DNA from: an uncultured Eubacteriales bacterium | Lineage (GTDB): Bacteria > Bacillota > Clostridia > Lachnospirales > Lachnospiraceae | DNA length: 45,047 bases | NCBI GenBank assembly: GCA_900313535.1 | Contig: OMRR01000158.1 | Location: 1-45,047, forward strand | Reading direction: 5' to 3' | Shown: positions 9,353 through 18,462 of the stretch, in pieces | How the letters are laid out: each line of letters opens with the position of its first letter | Position numbering within the stretch: position 1 is the stretch's first letter | Program-made: the position numbers and the translations under genes | The notes under the pieces: generated by a model | The model's database searches: none | What the model was told of the DNA's origin: nothing | The model's input: the letters and a program-made list of their open reading frames with translations, nothing else

Positions 9353-10531
9353 ATGAATTTATTTAAATGTAAAAAGAATATTGCGGCATTATTGCTTGTG
9401 TGTATGGCTTTAACATCTTGTTCACCATCACAGAAGGTTATTGATAATATATTGCCAAATTATAAGGAAAGATTGTATTCGGTTGCTGATTTGATACCAT
9501 ATAATTATAAAGAACTGAGAAATGCTCAGGCCTTATATGGAGTAGAACTATTTGATTATTTCATTGATAAACTTACTTATGAAGAAATAGTTGCTTTATT
9601 TGGAGAGGATGCAAAGAATTACTATACTAAGAAAGCTAGTAGTGGATCAGAAGCAAAGATGAAGACTGAGGAAGAAAGGAATGCATTTTATAGTGAATTG
9701 AGATGTAGGACTGCTAATTACAAGTTATTGAGAGAAAGAATTGCTATGTATATAGAAGATGAAAGACAAACAAGTGCTACAAAAGAAGCAGAGCGAAAAA
9801 AAGAGTATGATCAGTATTATAAGATACCGACAGCAGCAGGCGGCAATGTAATTAAGAAGTATAATAATGGAAAACTTCAAGGAATGCCACTTATGAGTAT
9901 AAGGGTAGACATGTCGACAGCAACTATGTCTGAAGTGGATGATTTATATTCTGAGGCAACTTGTGATATTTTTAGACCGGTTGTAATTGAAGAGAGTAAA
10001 TACAAAAAACTGAAATTTGGAGATGAAATTGTGCTTGATGTTCCTGCAACTGCAAGTTCATTGATTGGAGATAGCACAAGGACAGCCTTTACTACTGATA
10101 CTAAAAAGGTGACATGCAAATATATAGCAACTGATTCACTTGCATATGTAAATGATGAAGGAAAAACTGATTATTATTTTATAGCGAATGTAGATGGTAC
10201 AAATATACAGTGTAGAAGAGTTCTAGATTATTATGGCAAGACCTTGGAAGTATTTGTAGAGAGAAGACCACTTCAGTTTATGAAGTATGCAAGAGTGGCA
10301 AGAGCAAATGAGCCACAGAGACTTATGGAAGAAATAGTACAAGGAAATTTGAATGCCTATGATTATGATAAGATTGCTGTAAGAGCATTGAGCGGTGGCT
10401 ATCTTGTATATGAGTACAAAGATTATATATATGCAAATTCTGTAACTACGAACTTGAAGGGATATATTACAGCACTATATAATTATGATAATCAGAGAAT
10501 AGATAATAAGTTCTATAATTCATTAGATTAA
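9353..10531 (+). CDS. hypothetical lipoprotein
   Basis: GGGAGAG RBS at 9342-9348 and ATG at 9353. MNLFKCKKNIAALLLVCMALTSC carries a lipobox (LTSC). I recognise no family. Confidence 0.65.
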   Translation: MNLFKCKKNIAALLLVCMALTSCSPSQKVIDNILPNYKERLYSVADLIPYNYKELRNAQALYGVELFDYFIDKLTYEEIVALFGEDAKNYYTKKASSGSEAKMKTEEERNAFYSELRCRTANYKLLRERIAMYIEDERQTSATKEAERKKEYDQYYKIPTAAGGNVIKKYNNGKLQGMPLMSIRVDMSTATMSEVDDLYSEATCDIFRPVVIEESKYKKLKFGDEIVLDVPATASSLIGDSTRTAFTTDTKKVTCKYIATDSLAYVNDEGKTDYYFIANVDGTNIQCRRVLDYYGKTLEVFVERRPLQFMKYARVARANEPQRLMEEIVQGNLNAYDYDKIAVRALSGGYLVYEYKDYIYANSVTTNLKGYITALYNYDNQRIDNKFYNSLD

Positions 10532-10558
10532 AAAAGAAGGCTTAAAGCCTTCTTTTTA
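10531..10558. terminator. bidirectional intrinsic terminator between convergent genes
   Basis: Perfect palindrome AAAAAGAAGGCTTT/AAAGCCTTCTTTTT. It overlaps the stop codons of both flanking genes. Confidence 0.8.
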
Positions 10559-11602
10559 CTTCATATTACTTTTGATTCTAGCAATTTCTCTTATAAGTTC
10601 GGCTGACTTTTCAAATCCTAAGCATGGGTCGGTTATGGATTTGCCATATACGCCTTCTTCAACTTTTTGGTTGCCATCTTCTATATACGATTCTATCATA
10701 AGTCCTTTTACAAGTTTCTTTATGGTATCATTTTCGGTCATTGAGTGTAAAACTTCTTTTGCAATTCTTATTTGCTCTAAATACTTTTTTCCGCTATTTG
10801 AATGGTTGCAATCAACTATTACTGCGGGATTTATAAAATGATTAGTGTCATAAATGTTTGCAAGTATAGATAAGTTCTCATAGTGATAATTTTCGTGTGA
10901 TTCACCATGATGGTTTACATATCCACGAAGTATAGCATGAGCGAGAGGGTTACCCTTTGTAGTTGCTTCAAATCCACGATATATAAATGTGTGAGAGTGT
11001 TCAGCAGCTTTTATAGCATTTAACATTACAGATAAGTCACCTGATGTAGGATTTTTCATCCCTACAGGGATATCAATACCACTTGCGGTCAATCTATGTT
11101 GTTGATCCTCTACAGACCTTGCACCTACAGCTACATATGAAAGTAAATCAGACAAATAACTATGGTTTTCAGGATAGAGCATTTCATCTGCGCAAGAAAA
11201 ACCAGTTTCGCTTAAAGCTGTTAGGTGAAGTCTTCTGATACCAATAATTCCTTTGAGCATATCAGGAGCTTGACTTGGATCTGGTTGGTGAAGCATACCC
11301 TTGTAGCCTTCTCCAGTCGTTCTTGGCTTATTGGTATATATTCTTGGAACTATAACAATATTTTCTTTAACCAATGGCTCATCAGCAATAGTTCGCAATC
11401 TCTTGATATAATCAATTACTGCATCCTCTCTATCGGCTGAACAAGGTCCGATAACTAAAAGAAATTTATTTGACTCGCCTTTAAATATATTTTGAATCGC
11501 CTCGTCATTTGCTTTTTTCTTCTTGGCAAGTTCCTCTGATACTGGATACATATTTTTGATTTCTTGAGGTGTTGGAAGTTGTCTGTTAAATACTATGTTC
11601 AT
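10556..11602 (-). CDS. 3-deoxy-7-phosphoheptulonate (DAHP) synthase, class I (AroF/G/H-like)
   Basis: 348 aa. KPRT motif (YTNKPRTTGEGYKGMLHQP) and LLVIGPCS, as in class I alpha DAHP synthases. It is the last gene of the aromatic operon. Confidence 0.85.
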   Translation of the reverse strand: MNIVFNRQLPTPQEIKNMYPVSEELAKKKKANDEAIQNIFKGESNKFLLVIGPCSADREDAVIDYIKRLRTIADEPLVKENIVIVPRIYTNKPRTTGEGYKGMLHQPDPSQAPDMLKGIIGIRRLHLTALSETGFSCADEMLYPENHSYLSDLLSYVAVGARSVEDQQHRLTASGIDIPVGMKNPTSGDLSVMLNAIKAAEHSHTFIYRGFEATTKGNPLAHAILRGYVNHHGESHENYHYENLSILANIYDTNHFINPAVIVDCNHSNSGKKYLEQIRIAKEVLHSMTENDTIKKLVKGLMIESYIEDGNQKVEEGVYGKSITDPCLGFEKSAELIREIARIKSNMK

Positions 11603-11607
11603 AATTA

Positions 11608-11633
11608 TCCTTTCGGGCTTGCAATGCTCGCCC
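11608..11633 (-). repeat. GC-rich 19-nt hairpin (type A: GGGCGAGCAUUGCAAGCCC) fused to the GAAAGGA SD of the DAHP synthase gene
   Basis: RNA sense reads AAUGUAGGGGCGAGCAUUGCAAGCCCGAAAGGAUAAUUAUG. Related copies are at 20084-20102 (-), 29082-29106 (+) and 41642-41660 (+). Confidence 0.6.
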
Positions 11634-11688
11634 CTACATTTGGTTCGCTGAGTTCCCTTTTACAATGGCGGTCAACGACTACCACCAC

Positions 11689-12531
11689 TTATTTGTTAAA
11701 GAATTTACGGCGCGCTGTAGAAAGTCGCATCATTTCTTTTATTTTTTCAGTGTCTTCATTGTTTATATAATCGCGAAGATTAGACAATTGATTTATAAAT
11801 ACATCTATCTCTTTTAACAAATATGGTTTGTTTAGTATAAATAATTCAGGCCACATATTATCATTTATATTTGCTATACGAGTTAAGTCTCTAAATGAGT
11901 CCCCTGTATAATCTACTAAATATTCTGAATCTTTGCAAGTCATAAGAGAAACCGCTATACAATGAGTTAATTGCGATAAGAAGGCAATCATCTCATCATG
12001 CTCTTCAGGACTTAATACTGATACCTTTCTAAATCCAAGCATAGTTCCGATTTCTTTAGCAAAGTTAATGCCCTCTTCTGTATTTGCCTTGGTAGGAGTA
12101 ATGATGTAGTTTGCATTTTTAAATATGCAATCATCGGCGTTTTCTACTCCACTTACTTCTTTACCTGCCATAGGGTGAGCAGCTATAAATTCTACTCGAT
12201 TGCCAAGTTTTTCTTGTATAGTATTAATTATTGAACTCTTTACGCCAGTTACATCACTAATTATAGCACCGTCCTTAATGAAATTGCTATAGTCATTTAT
12301 GTATTTGATTAAAATCTTAGGATAAAGCGCAAAAATAATTCTATCAAATTGCATAATAAATTCTTTTTCAAATTTATCAGTACCATCAACGATTAGATTA
12401 TTCTTTTTGGCATAGTCTATAGCTTCTTTTGTTCTATTGTATGCATAAACCTTATAACCATTTTTAGTTAAGGCTTTGGCATATGAACCGCCTATCAGGC
12501 CGAGGCCGACTATTAATATTTTGTTAGTCAT
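11689..12531 (-). CDS. tyrA: prephenate dehydrogenase
   Basis: 280 aa. N-terminal Rossmann motif IVGLGLIGGSYAKAL, the AAHPMAGKE motif, and operon context. Confidence 0.85.
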   Translation of the reverse strand: MTNKILIVGLGLIGGSYAKALTKNGYKVYAYNRTKEAIDYAKKNNLIVDGTDKFEKEFIMQFDRIIFALYPKILIKYINDYSNFIKDGAIISDVTGVKSSIINTIQEKLGNRVEFIAAHPMAGKEVSGVENADDCIFKNANYIITPTKANTEEGINFAKEIGTMLGFRKVSVLSPEEHDEMIAFLSQLTHCIAVSLMTCKDSEYLVDYTGDSFRDLTRIANINDNMWPELFILNKPYLLKEIDVFINQLSNLRDYINNEDTEKIKEMMRLSTARRKFFNK

Positions 12532-12560
12532 TTATTTCCTTTCGGGTTCGCAGTGTGTGA

Positions 12561-13760
12561 CTATGATATTATTGCGCCCAATTTTTTAAGATCATCAAAG
12601 TAGCCTGGGTAACTTTTGCTGACACATTCGGCACCATTGATGCTAATGTCAAATTGTGTTGACAAAAGGCTAAGCGACATTGCTATTCTATGGTCGTTAT
12701 GTGAGTATAGAGTGATTGCAGGCTTTGATAAGTCTTTTTTATTAACTATAATCTCATTATCTAATATATCTATATCTGCATTACATTTTCTAAGTTCTGT
12801 GGCAATTGCATTTCCTCTATTGCTCTCTTTGATCTTGAGACGAGAAGTATTTACAAATCTTGCCCCATTTTTCAATGCGGCAAATGTGATGAGTATAGGA
12901 CCTAAATCAATGCAATTTGAAATATCAATTTCACAATTCTTATCAGTTAATTTATCAAAATATTCTTTATAAACTTTGTCAGATTGGAGAGAGTTTTCAT
13001 TTAGCCCTTCTAATATTATTTCATTCCCAAAATAATTAAATGCATCAATGAAAGCAGCATTTGAATAGTCTCCTTCTATAGAATAATCATTTGCTATATA
13101 CTTTTGATTGCCAGGGGTTTTAAAAGTGTCAAGTGCTTGATTATATATGATTTCTATGCCATATTTTTTAAGTACTTCAAGGGTCATAAGTATGTAGTTT
13201 TTACTTTCAAGTTTAGTCGTTATATGTATTGTGCTTTCATCAGGAAGAAGTGGAAGAGCATAGAGTAAACCAGAAATATACTGTGAACTAACATTCCCAG
13301 GTAATTCATATTTACCAGCGCTTAATTTCCCTTTAGTTTTGATGCTATATTTATCTTTGTCAAATAGTATATGTGTAAATATATTTTGGTAGATATCTAT
13401 TCCTCTTTCTATAAGTCTATCACTTCCGATGAAATTTGTTTGTTCGTATTTCTGTAACGCTATAGGGAAGAAAACTCTTAATGTAGTTCCTGATTCATTG
13501 CAGTCAAAAGTTGGATTGAAGTTTTTAGTTGATTTGTTTGAAAAGTTTACCTTGTGATTTTCAAAGTCTTTTATATGACTTTTGCCATAGGCATATATGC
13601 AGTTTAGAGTGGCATTTATGTCATTGCTAAAGTCTACATTTGAAATAATACTTTCATTTTCAGAAAGTGCAGAGGCAATCAAATATCGGTGTGCAAAACT
13701 TTTGCTTGGTCTTGCAGTTAGCTTGCCAGTTAATTTACTTTTTTGAATGTTAATTACCAT
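12561..13760 (-). CDS. aroA: 3-phosphoshikimate 1-carboxyvinyltransferase (EPSP synthase)
   Basis: 399 aa. PSKSFAHRYLIASAL, LPGNVSSQYISGLL and NDHRIAMSL motifs. The start overlaps the aroE-aroK stop by 11 nt. Confidence 0.9.
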   Translation of the reverse strand: MVINIQKSKLTGKLTARPSKSFAHRYLIASALSENESIISNVDFSNDINATLNCIYAYGKSHIKDFENHKVNFSNKSTKNFNPTFDCNESGTTLRVFFPIALQKYEQTNFIGSDRLIERGIDIYQNIFTHILFDKDKYSIKTKGKLSAGKYELPGNVSSQYISGLLYALPLLPDESTIHITTKLESKNYILMTLEVLKKYGIEIIYNQALDTFKTPGNQKYIANDYSIEGDYSNAAFIDAFNYFGNEIILEGLNENSLQSDKVYKEYFDKLTDKNCEIDISNCIDLGPILITFAALKNGARFVNTSRLKIKESNRGNAIATELRKCNADIDILDNEIIVNKKDLSKPAITLYSHNDHRIAMSLSLLSTQFDISINGAECVSKSYPGYFDDLKKLGAIIS

Positions 13761-15042
13761 TAATTATATCGTTAATTTTATCTTCAAATTCAAGGTCACC
13801 ATTAATTTCGATATCGCAGACCGACTTATATATTGGAAGCCTTTCATTGAACTTTTTCTTTAGTGAATCTATATCACTTGTCAGTGGTCTATCTGACGAT
13901 GGCATTAATAATTGTAAAGACCTATTTATAAAAAACAACTTTCCGTTTTGTTTTAAATTTACTACATTTTCATTTCTGAGTATTGCTCCACCACCAGTAG
14001 ATATAACTACATGATTCTCTGAAGAAATACTTTTAATGATTTCTGTTTCTATATTTCTAAAACTTTCTTCACCATGCGTCTTTATATAGTCAGATATTTT
14101 GCACTTTATTTTTTCTTCAATTAATTTATCGGTATCGATACATTTATAGCCATATTTATTACTAATCATTTTCCCTAAAGTGCTTTTGCCACAAGTAGGC
14201 ATACCTATTAAGACTATATTCTGTTTATCTGACAAGCATTTAATGTATACATCATTTAATTGGTTTTCAATTTCTTTATTGTCTATAGAAGATAAGATTT
14301 CTTTTGCAGACAGGTGCTCTTTGGCATTTATGAATAAAATATTGGCATATAATGCCTGGGCAATAAGCATGTATAAACCAGAGATAGCTTTTATGCCAAT
14401 TTTCTCAGCACTAATTAATAGATTAGTCCTAAGTGGATTATATACTACATCCATCACAGCTTCTAGTTTTGTAAATTTACTAATATCAATTAGTTGATTA
14501 TCATTTTCATGTGGATACATACCATTTGAAGTTGTGTTTATTATGATTTGTATGTCATTATAGACCTTATCAAGTTCAGAGTATAGTATATCACCTTTTA
14601 TCTTTGAACTTTCACGATAAGCTTTAAGTATGGTGTTTTCGTTATTGTTTGCACTCATAACTGCATGGTAAACTGTATTTGAAGTAGCACCAGTGCCAAG
14701 TATTAATACATTTTTATTATCTATATTGACATTAAAGTGAGAAAGGCTAGCTAGAACTCCAAGTATGTCTGTATTGTATCCGTGCAATTTACCATTTATA
14801 TTTACTATGGTATTTACAGCGTTTATATTTTTAGCGCTATCATCTATATAATCAAGATAAGGGATTACTTTTTGTTTATATGGAATAGTCACATTGATTG
14901 CTTTGAAATCTTTGTTTTGCATAAAAATATCAAAAGAGTCATTATCCAATTCCTTCAATTCGTAATTGTAATTTGCAATTAGAGAATGAACTTCTTTTGA
15001 AAAACTATGTTTTAGAGGATTGCCAATTAATCCGTATTCCAT
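13750..15042 (-). CDS. bifunctional shikimate dehydrogenase / shikimate kinase (AroE-AroK fusion)
   Basis: The N-terminal half has LIGNPLKHSFSKEVH and GTGATS, as in AroE. The C-terminal about 165 aa has Walker A LIGMPTCGKSTLG followed by DTD, as in AroK. Confidence 0.85.
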   Translation of the reverse strand: MEYGLIGNPLKHSFSKEVHSLIANYNYELKELDNDSFDIFMQNKDFKAINVTIPYKQKVIPYLDYIDDSAKNINAVNTIVNINGKLHGYNTDILGVLASLSHFNVNIDNKNVLILGTGATSNTVYHAVMSANNNENTILKAYRESSKIKGDILYSELDKVYNDIQIIINTTSNGMYPHENDNQLIDISKFTKLEAVMDVVYNPLRTNLLISAEKIGIKAISGLYMLIAQALYANILFINAKEHLSAKEILSSIDNKEIENQLNDVYIKCLSDKQNIVLIGMPTCGKSTLGKMISNKYGYKCIDTDKLIEEKIKCKISDYIKTHGEESFRNIETEIIKSISSENHVVISTGGGAILRNENVVNLKQNGKLFFINRSLQLLMPSSDRPLTSDIDSLKKKFNERLPIYKSVCDIEINGDLEFEDKINDIINGN

Positions 15043-15071
15043 ATGCTCCTTCGGGCTCGTACAACTTGCTT

Positions 15072-16076
15072 CTATTGGTTTAATATGTCGTATATTTCAT
15101 TGATAGTAAGGTTCTTAATTTCATATGATCCGATAGCATCTACAAAAATTATTGAAATGCTATCAGAATTAGATTTTTTATCGTGTTTAATTAATTCAAT
15201 AACTCTATTTTTATCAAAGGCTACACTTGTAGGCAGATTGTACTTTTTTAATATATTTGATATTTCATTTCTTACATTTTCTGAAGAAAAATAAAGCATA
15301 CCCAAGCCCACACATTCTCCATGGAGAAGACTTAGATTCATAGTTTCTTCAATGGCATGCCCAATAGTGTGTCCAAAGTTTAATACTTTTCGTATACCAC
15401 TTTCTTTTTCGTCTTTCTCAACTACATCTATCTTTAATAGAAGAGAAGAATAAACTATTTGCTCTAAATCATTTTCTATATTGTCACATTGTATTATATA
15501 GTTAAAGAATTCTTTGTCAAAGGTTGCAGCCATTTTGATAGATTCAACGAGTCCGCTATAAAGTTCTCTCTTTGGTAGAGTTTGTAATGTATCAATATCA
15601 ATCAATACACCTTTTGGTTGAGAAAAGGTGCCAACTATATTTTTAACTCCCATGAAATCTATAGCTGTTTTACCACCGATAGATGAATCAACTTGAGATA
15701 GGAGAGTGGTTGGTATATTATAAAAGTCAATGCCACGCATATAGGTACTTGCGGCAAAAGCAGCCATATCACCAATCATCCCACCGCCAATAGCTGCTAC
15801 GCAATCTTTTCTTGTGAATTCGCCATTAATAAGTGCTTTGATTATGTTTTGATAATTTTCAATTGATTTATTTTTTTCCCCATGTGGGAGAGTCAACACG
15901 ATACTATGTTTTGCTTTATCTTTAACTGTGTCAATAAACTTTGTAGGAATGTTGTCATCAGTGACTATTAAAACTTTTCTATCTAAATTGAAATATTTAT
16001 CTACATCTTTAAGTAGATTGTTGCCGATGGTGATATTATATGAATTTTCATTTAATTCTATAATTAATTTTTTCAT
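15072..16076 (-). CDS. aroB: 3-dehydroquinate synthase
   Basis: 334 aa. GGGMIGDMAAFAASTYMRGI nucleotide-binding motif and metal ligands in FGHTIGHAIE / LLHGECV. Confidence 0.9.
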   Translation of the reverse strand: MKKLIIELNENSYNITIGNNLLKDVDKYFNLDRKVLIVTDDNIPTKFIDTVKDKAKHSIVLTLPHGEKNKSIENYQNIIKALINGEFTRKDCVAAIGGGMIGDMAAFAASTYMRGIDFYNIPTTLLSQVDSSIGGKTAIDFMGVKNIVGTFSQPKGVLIDIDTLQTLPKRELYSGLVESIKMAATFDKEFFNYIIQCDNIENDLEQIVYSSLLLKIDVVEKDEKESGIRKVLNFGHTIGHAIEETMNLSLLHGECVGLGMLYFSSENVRNEISNILKKYNLPTSVAFDKNRVIELIKHDKKSNSDSISIIFVDAIGSYEIKNLTINEIYDILNQ

Positions 16077-16086
16077 AAAATTATAT

Positions 16087-16110
16087 GCGGGATCCTAAAG
16101 GAAGCCCTTA
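16087..16110 (-). repeat. GC-rich hairpin, type B (UAAGGGCUUCCUUUAGGAUCCCGC), in the pheA-aroB gap
   Basis: Stem GGGCUUC / GGAUCCC with loop CUUUA, one mismatch. It is 10 nt upstream of the aroB ATG, which has no other SD. Confidence 0.6.
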
Positions 16111-16118
16111 CGATTTAG

Positions 16119-17204
16119 TTAGATTATATAGTTGCCAACTATTTTAAGTCTGTCGCAGAATGTTTTTAAAGCAACTAGCATGTTTTTTGCATCTATACTA
16201 TCTAAGTCACCTTCAATTTCACAGAAGAAATAGTAAGTCCACATAAGATCTTTCATTGGGCGGCTTCTAAGATTTCTCATATTGAAACCGTGAGCGCCAA
16301 TTATGTCAAGACATTTAGCAAGTGCACCAGCGACATTCTTTACAGTGAAAACCATTATAAAGTTTTTCTTTGATGCACCTACACTCTTGTAATCTGCAAG
16401 TGTTCTTGAGAAAGAGGCAAACCTTGTAGTATTTAATTCAGAATTATTGATTTTTTCTTTTAATATGTTAAGACCATAGGCATCTGCAGTTTCCTTACTT
16501 GCTATGACTGCCATTTTCTTATCACCAGTTTCCTTTAATCTTTTTGCTGCAAAAGCTGTATTGACTTCTTCTATAGTTTTGAAATTATATTGTTCTATAA
16601 ACTTTGAACATTGAGAGAGTGCCTGTGGGTGTGAGACAATTATTTCTATATCTGAAAAGTTTACTCCAGGATTAACCATTAAATTGTGTTCGATCTCAAG
16701 GTCATATATTCTATTGATATAAAGTGAACCAGAAAAAATTAAATCCATAACTTCGCCAACATCGCCTGCAAAAGAGTTTTCTATAGGAAGTACTGCTCTA
16801 TCACATGTACCTTCTTCAACTGATTTAAAAGCTCTTGAAAAATTATTATTTGATACTAATTCGCATTTAGGATACATTCTACTTGCTGCTATGTATCCAT
16901 AAGCACCTTCTATGCCACTATAAGAGATTTTAAGGCCAGTTAATAGACTTCTTTGATACTCTTTTGAAATGTTTAGGAAACTTTTAATGTAATTAATATA
17001 ATATGGCTTTAGATTTTCATCTTCTACAAGTTTTAGATTATTATTAATTACTGCCTCCTCACGGCTTGCATTGTGTACTGGCATAGAGTTAGCCTTTTTG
17101 AATTCGGCAATATCCTTGCATAGATTCATTCTTTCACAAAAAAGTTTAGTCATTTCCTTGTCGATTACATTGATTTTTTCTCTTGTTTCATTTATATCTT
17201 TCAT
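16119..17204 (-). CDS. pheA: bifunctional chorismate mutase / prephenate dehydratase (P-protein) with ACT domain
   Basis: 361 aa. N-terminal CM helix (REKINVIDKEMTKLFCERM), a PDT core (YSGIEGAYGY ... ENSFAGDV) and a C-terminal ACT-like domain. Confidence 0.85.
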   Translation of the reverse strand: MKDINETREKINVIDKEMTKLFCERMNLCKDIAEFKKANSMPVHNASREEAVINNNLKLVEDENLKPYYINYIKSFLNISKEYQRSLLTGLKISYSGIEGAYGYIAASRMYPKCELVSNNNFSRAFKSVEEGTCDRAVLPIENSFAGDVGEVMDLIFSGSLYINRIYDLEIEHNLMVNPGVNFSDIEIIVSHPQALSQCSKFIEQYNFKTIEEVNTAFAAKRLKETGDKKMAVIASKETADAYGLNILKEKINNSELNTTRFASFSRTLADYKSVGASKKNFIMVFTVKNVAGALAKCLDIIGAHGFNMRNLRSRPMKDLMWTYYFFCEIEGDLDSIDAKNMLVALKTFCDRLKIVGNYII

Positions 17205-17209
17205 TTTTT

Positions 17210-17265
17210 CTCCTTCAGGCTCCTAAAGGAAAGCCACTACAATGGCTTTTAGAGGAAAGCCCTTA
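17210..17265 (-). repeat. two tandem type-B GC-rich hairpins plus SD in the aminotransferase-pheA gap
   Basis: RNA sense reads UAAGGGCUUUCCUCUAAAAGCC AUUGUAGU GGCUUUCCUUUAGGAGCC UGAAGGAG. The leading UAA (17263-17265) is the aminotransferase stop codon. Confidence 0.65.
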
Positions 17266-18456
17266 TGAATTGTAATGTTTATATAATTCTTTAAATTTTG
17301 GTATTGAACTTGCGATTTGATTTTTACTTACGCAATAGGCTATTCGCACATACCCGCTTATGCCGAAACTTTCACTTGGCACTAATAATAAGTTATGATT
17401 TAGTGCTTCTTTTGAAAACTCGTTATCATCTTCGCATAGTGCTTTGACAAATAGATAGAAAGCACCATCTGGTTTTATAACTTTATAACCTATATCACTT
17501 AATTCTTTTACAAATACATTTGCATTATTTTTATACACTTTGGTATCTGAAGTAAGACCAAGGCAATGTGGAATTAAAAATTGAAATAAACTATTTGCAC
17601 AAACATAACCTAGAGATCTACCTGCACCACATATCGTAGCATATACTTCATTTGCATTATCACATTTTGGGTTTACAAGTATGTATCCAATTCTTTCTCC
17701 AGGTAGAGATATTGACTTAGAAAATGAATAAGTAATTATTGAATTATTATAATAGTTTGTTATAAAAGGATATTTTGTATCAGTATATATTAATTCCCTA
17801 TATGGTTCATCAGAAATGATATAGATAGGATGATTAAACTCTTTTTCCTTTCCCTTAAGTATTTTGCAAATGCTCTTAATAATTTCTTCGCTATACAATA
17901 CTCCAGTTGGATTATTTGGGGAATTGATAATGATTGCAGAAGTATTTGAATTTATTTTTTTTGCAAAATCATTTAAATCAGGATAGAAAGTATTAAAGTC
18001 AGGTAATACAGTAATCGGTTTTGCATTTGCATTTTTGATAAATATATTGTATTCTGGGAAATATGGCGTGAAAACTATCACCTCATCATTTCCATTGCCA
18101 GAGCTTAGCGCCTTTAATGATATTGTAAGAGCAGCTGCAGCACCAGAGGTCATATATATTAGATCACCATTTGTATCTGCGTTATATGTGGCATTTAGAT
18201 AATTTGATATGGAATCACGCACCTTTTTATCACCTTGTGCAGAAGTGTAGCCATGCAAATCTACTGGATTACTTTCTTTTAATAAAGTAATTAAAGTGTC
18301 ATTGACTTCTTTTGGGCAAGGCACACTTGGATTTCCTATAGAGAAATCAAAAACATTATCTTTGCCGTATTTTTCTTTCAATATTTTTCCTTGCTCAAAG
18401 AGTTCTCGTATAGCAGAACGCTTAGTGCCAAGGTTTTTCATATCTAAATTTAACAT
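17263..18456 (-). CDS. class I/II PLP-dependent aminotransferase (aspartate/aromatic type)
   Basis: 397 aa. PLP-lysine motif SFSKSISLPGERIGY and NPTG. It is the first gene of the aromatic operon. Confidence 0.85.
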   Translation of the reverse strand: MLNLDMKNLGTKRSAIRELFEQGKILKEKYGKDNVFDFSIGNPSVPCPKEVNDTLITLLKESNPVDLHGYTSAQGDKKVRDSISNYLNATYNADTNGDLIYMTSGAAAALTISLKALSSGNGNDEVIVFTPYFPEYNIFIKNANAKPITVLPDFNTFYPDLNDFAKKINSNTSAIIINSPNNPTGVLYSEEIIKSICKILKGKEKEFNHPIYIISDEPYRELIYTDTKYPFITNYYNNSIITYSFSKSISLPGERIGYILVNPKCDNANEVYATICGAGRSLGYVCANSLFQFLIPHCLGLTSDTKVYKNNANVFVKELSDIGYKVIKPDGAFYLFVKALCEDDNEFSKEALNHNLLLVPSESFGISGYVRIAYCVSKNQIASSIPKFKELYKHYNS

Positions 18457-18462
18457 GCTAAT

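Noticed and set aside
12616-15294. Plus-strand ORFs inside the aromatic operon (12616-12972, 14180-14497, 14782-14982, 15043-15294), and similar ones at 10572-10841, 11225-11440 and 11564-11770.
   Set aside because: They are antisense to, or overlap, well-supported enzyme genes. They have no RBS and no motifs.
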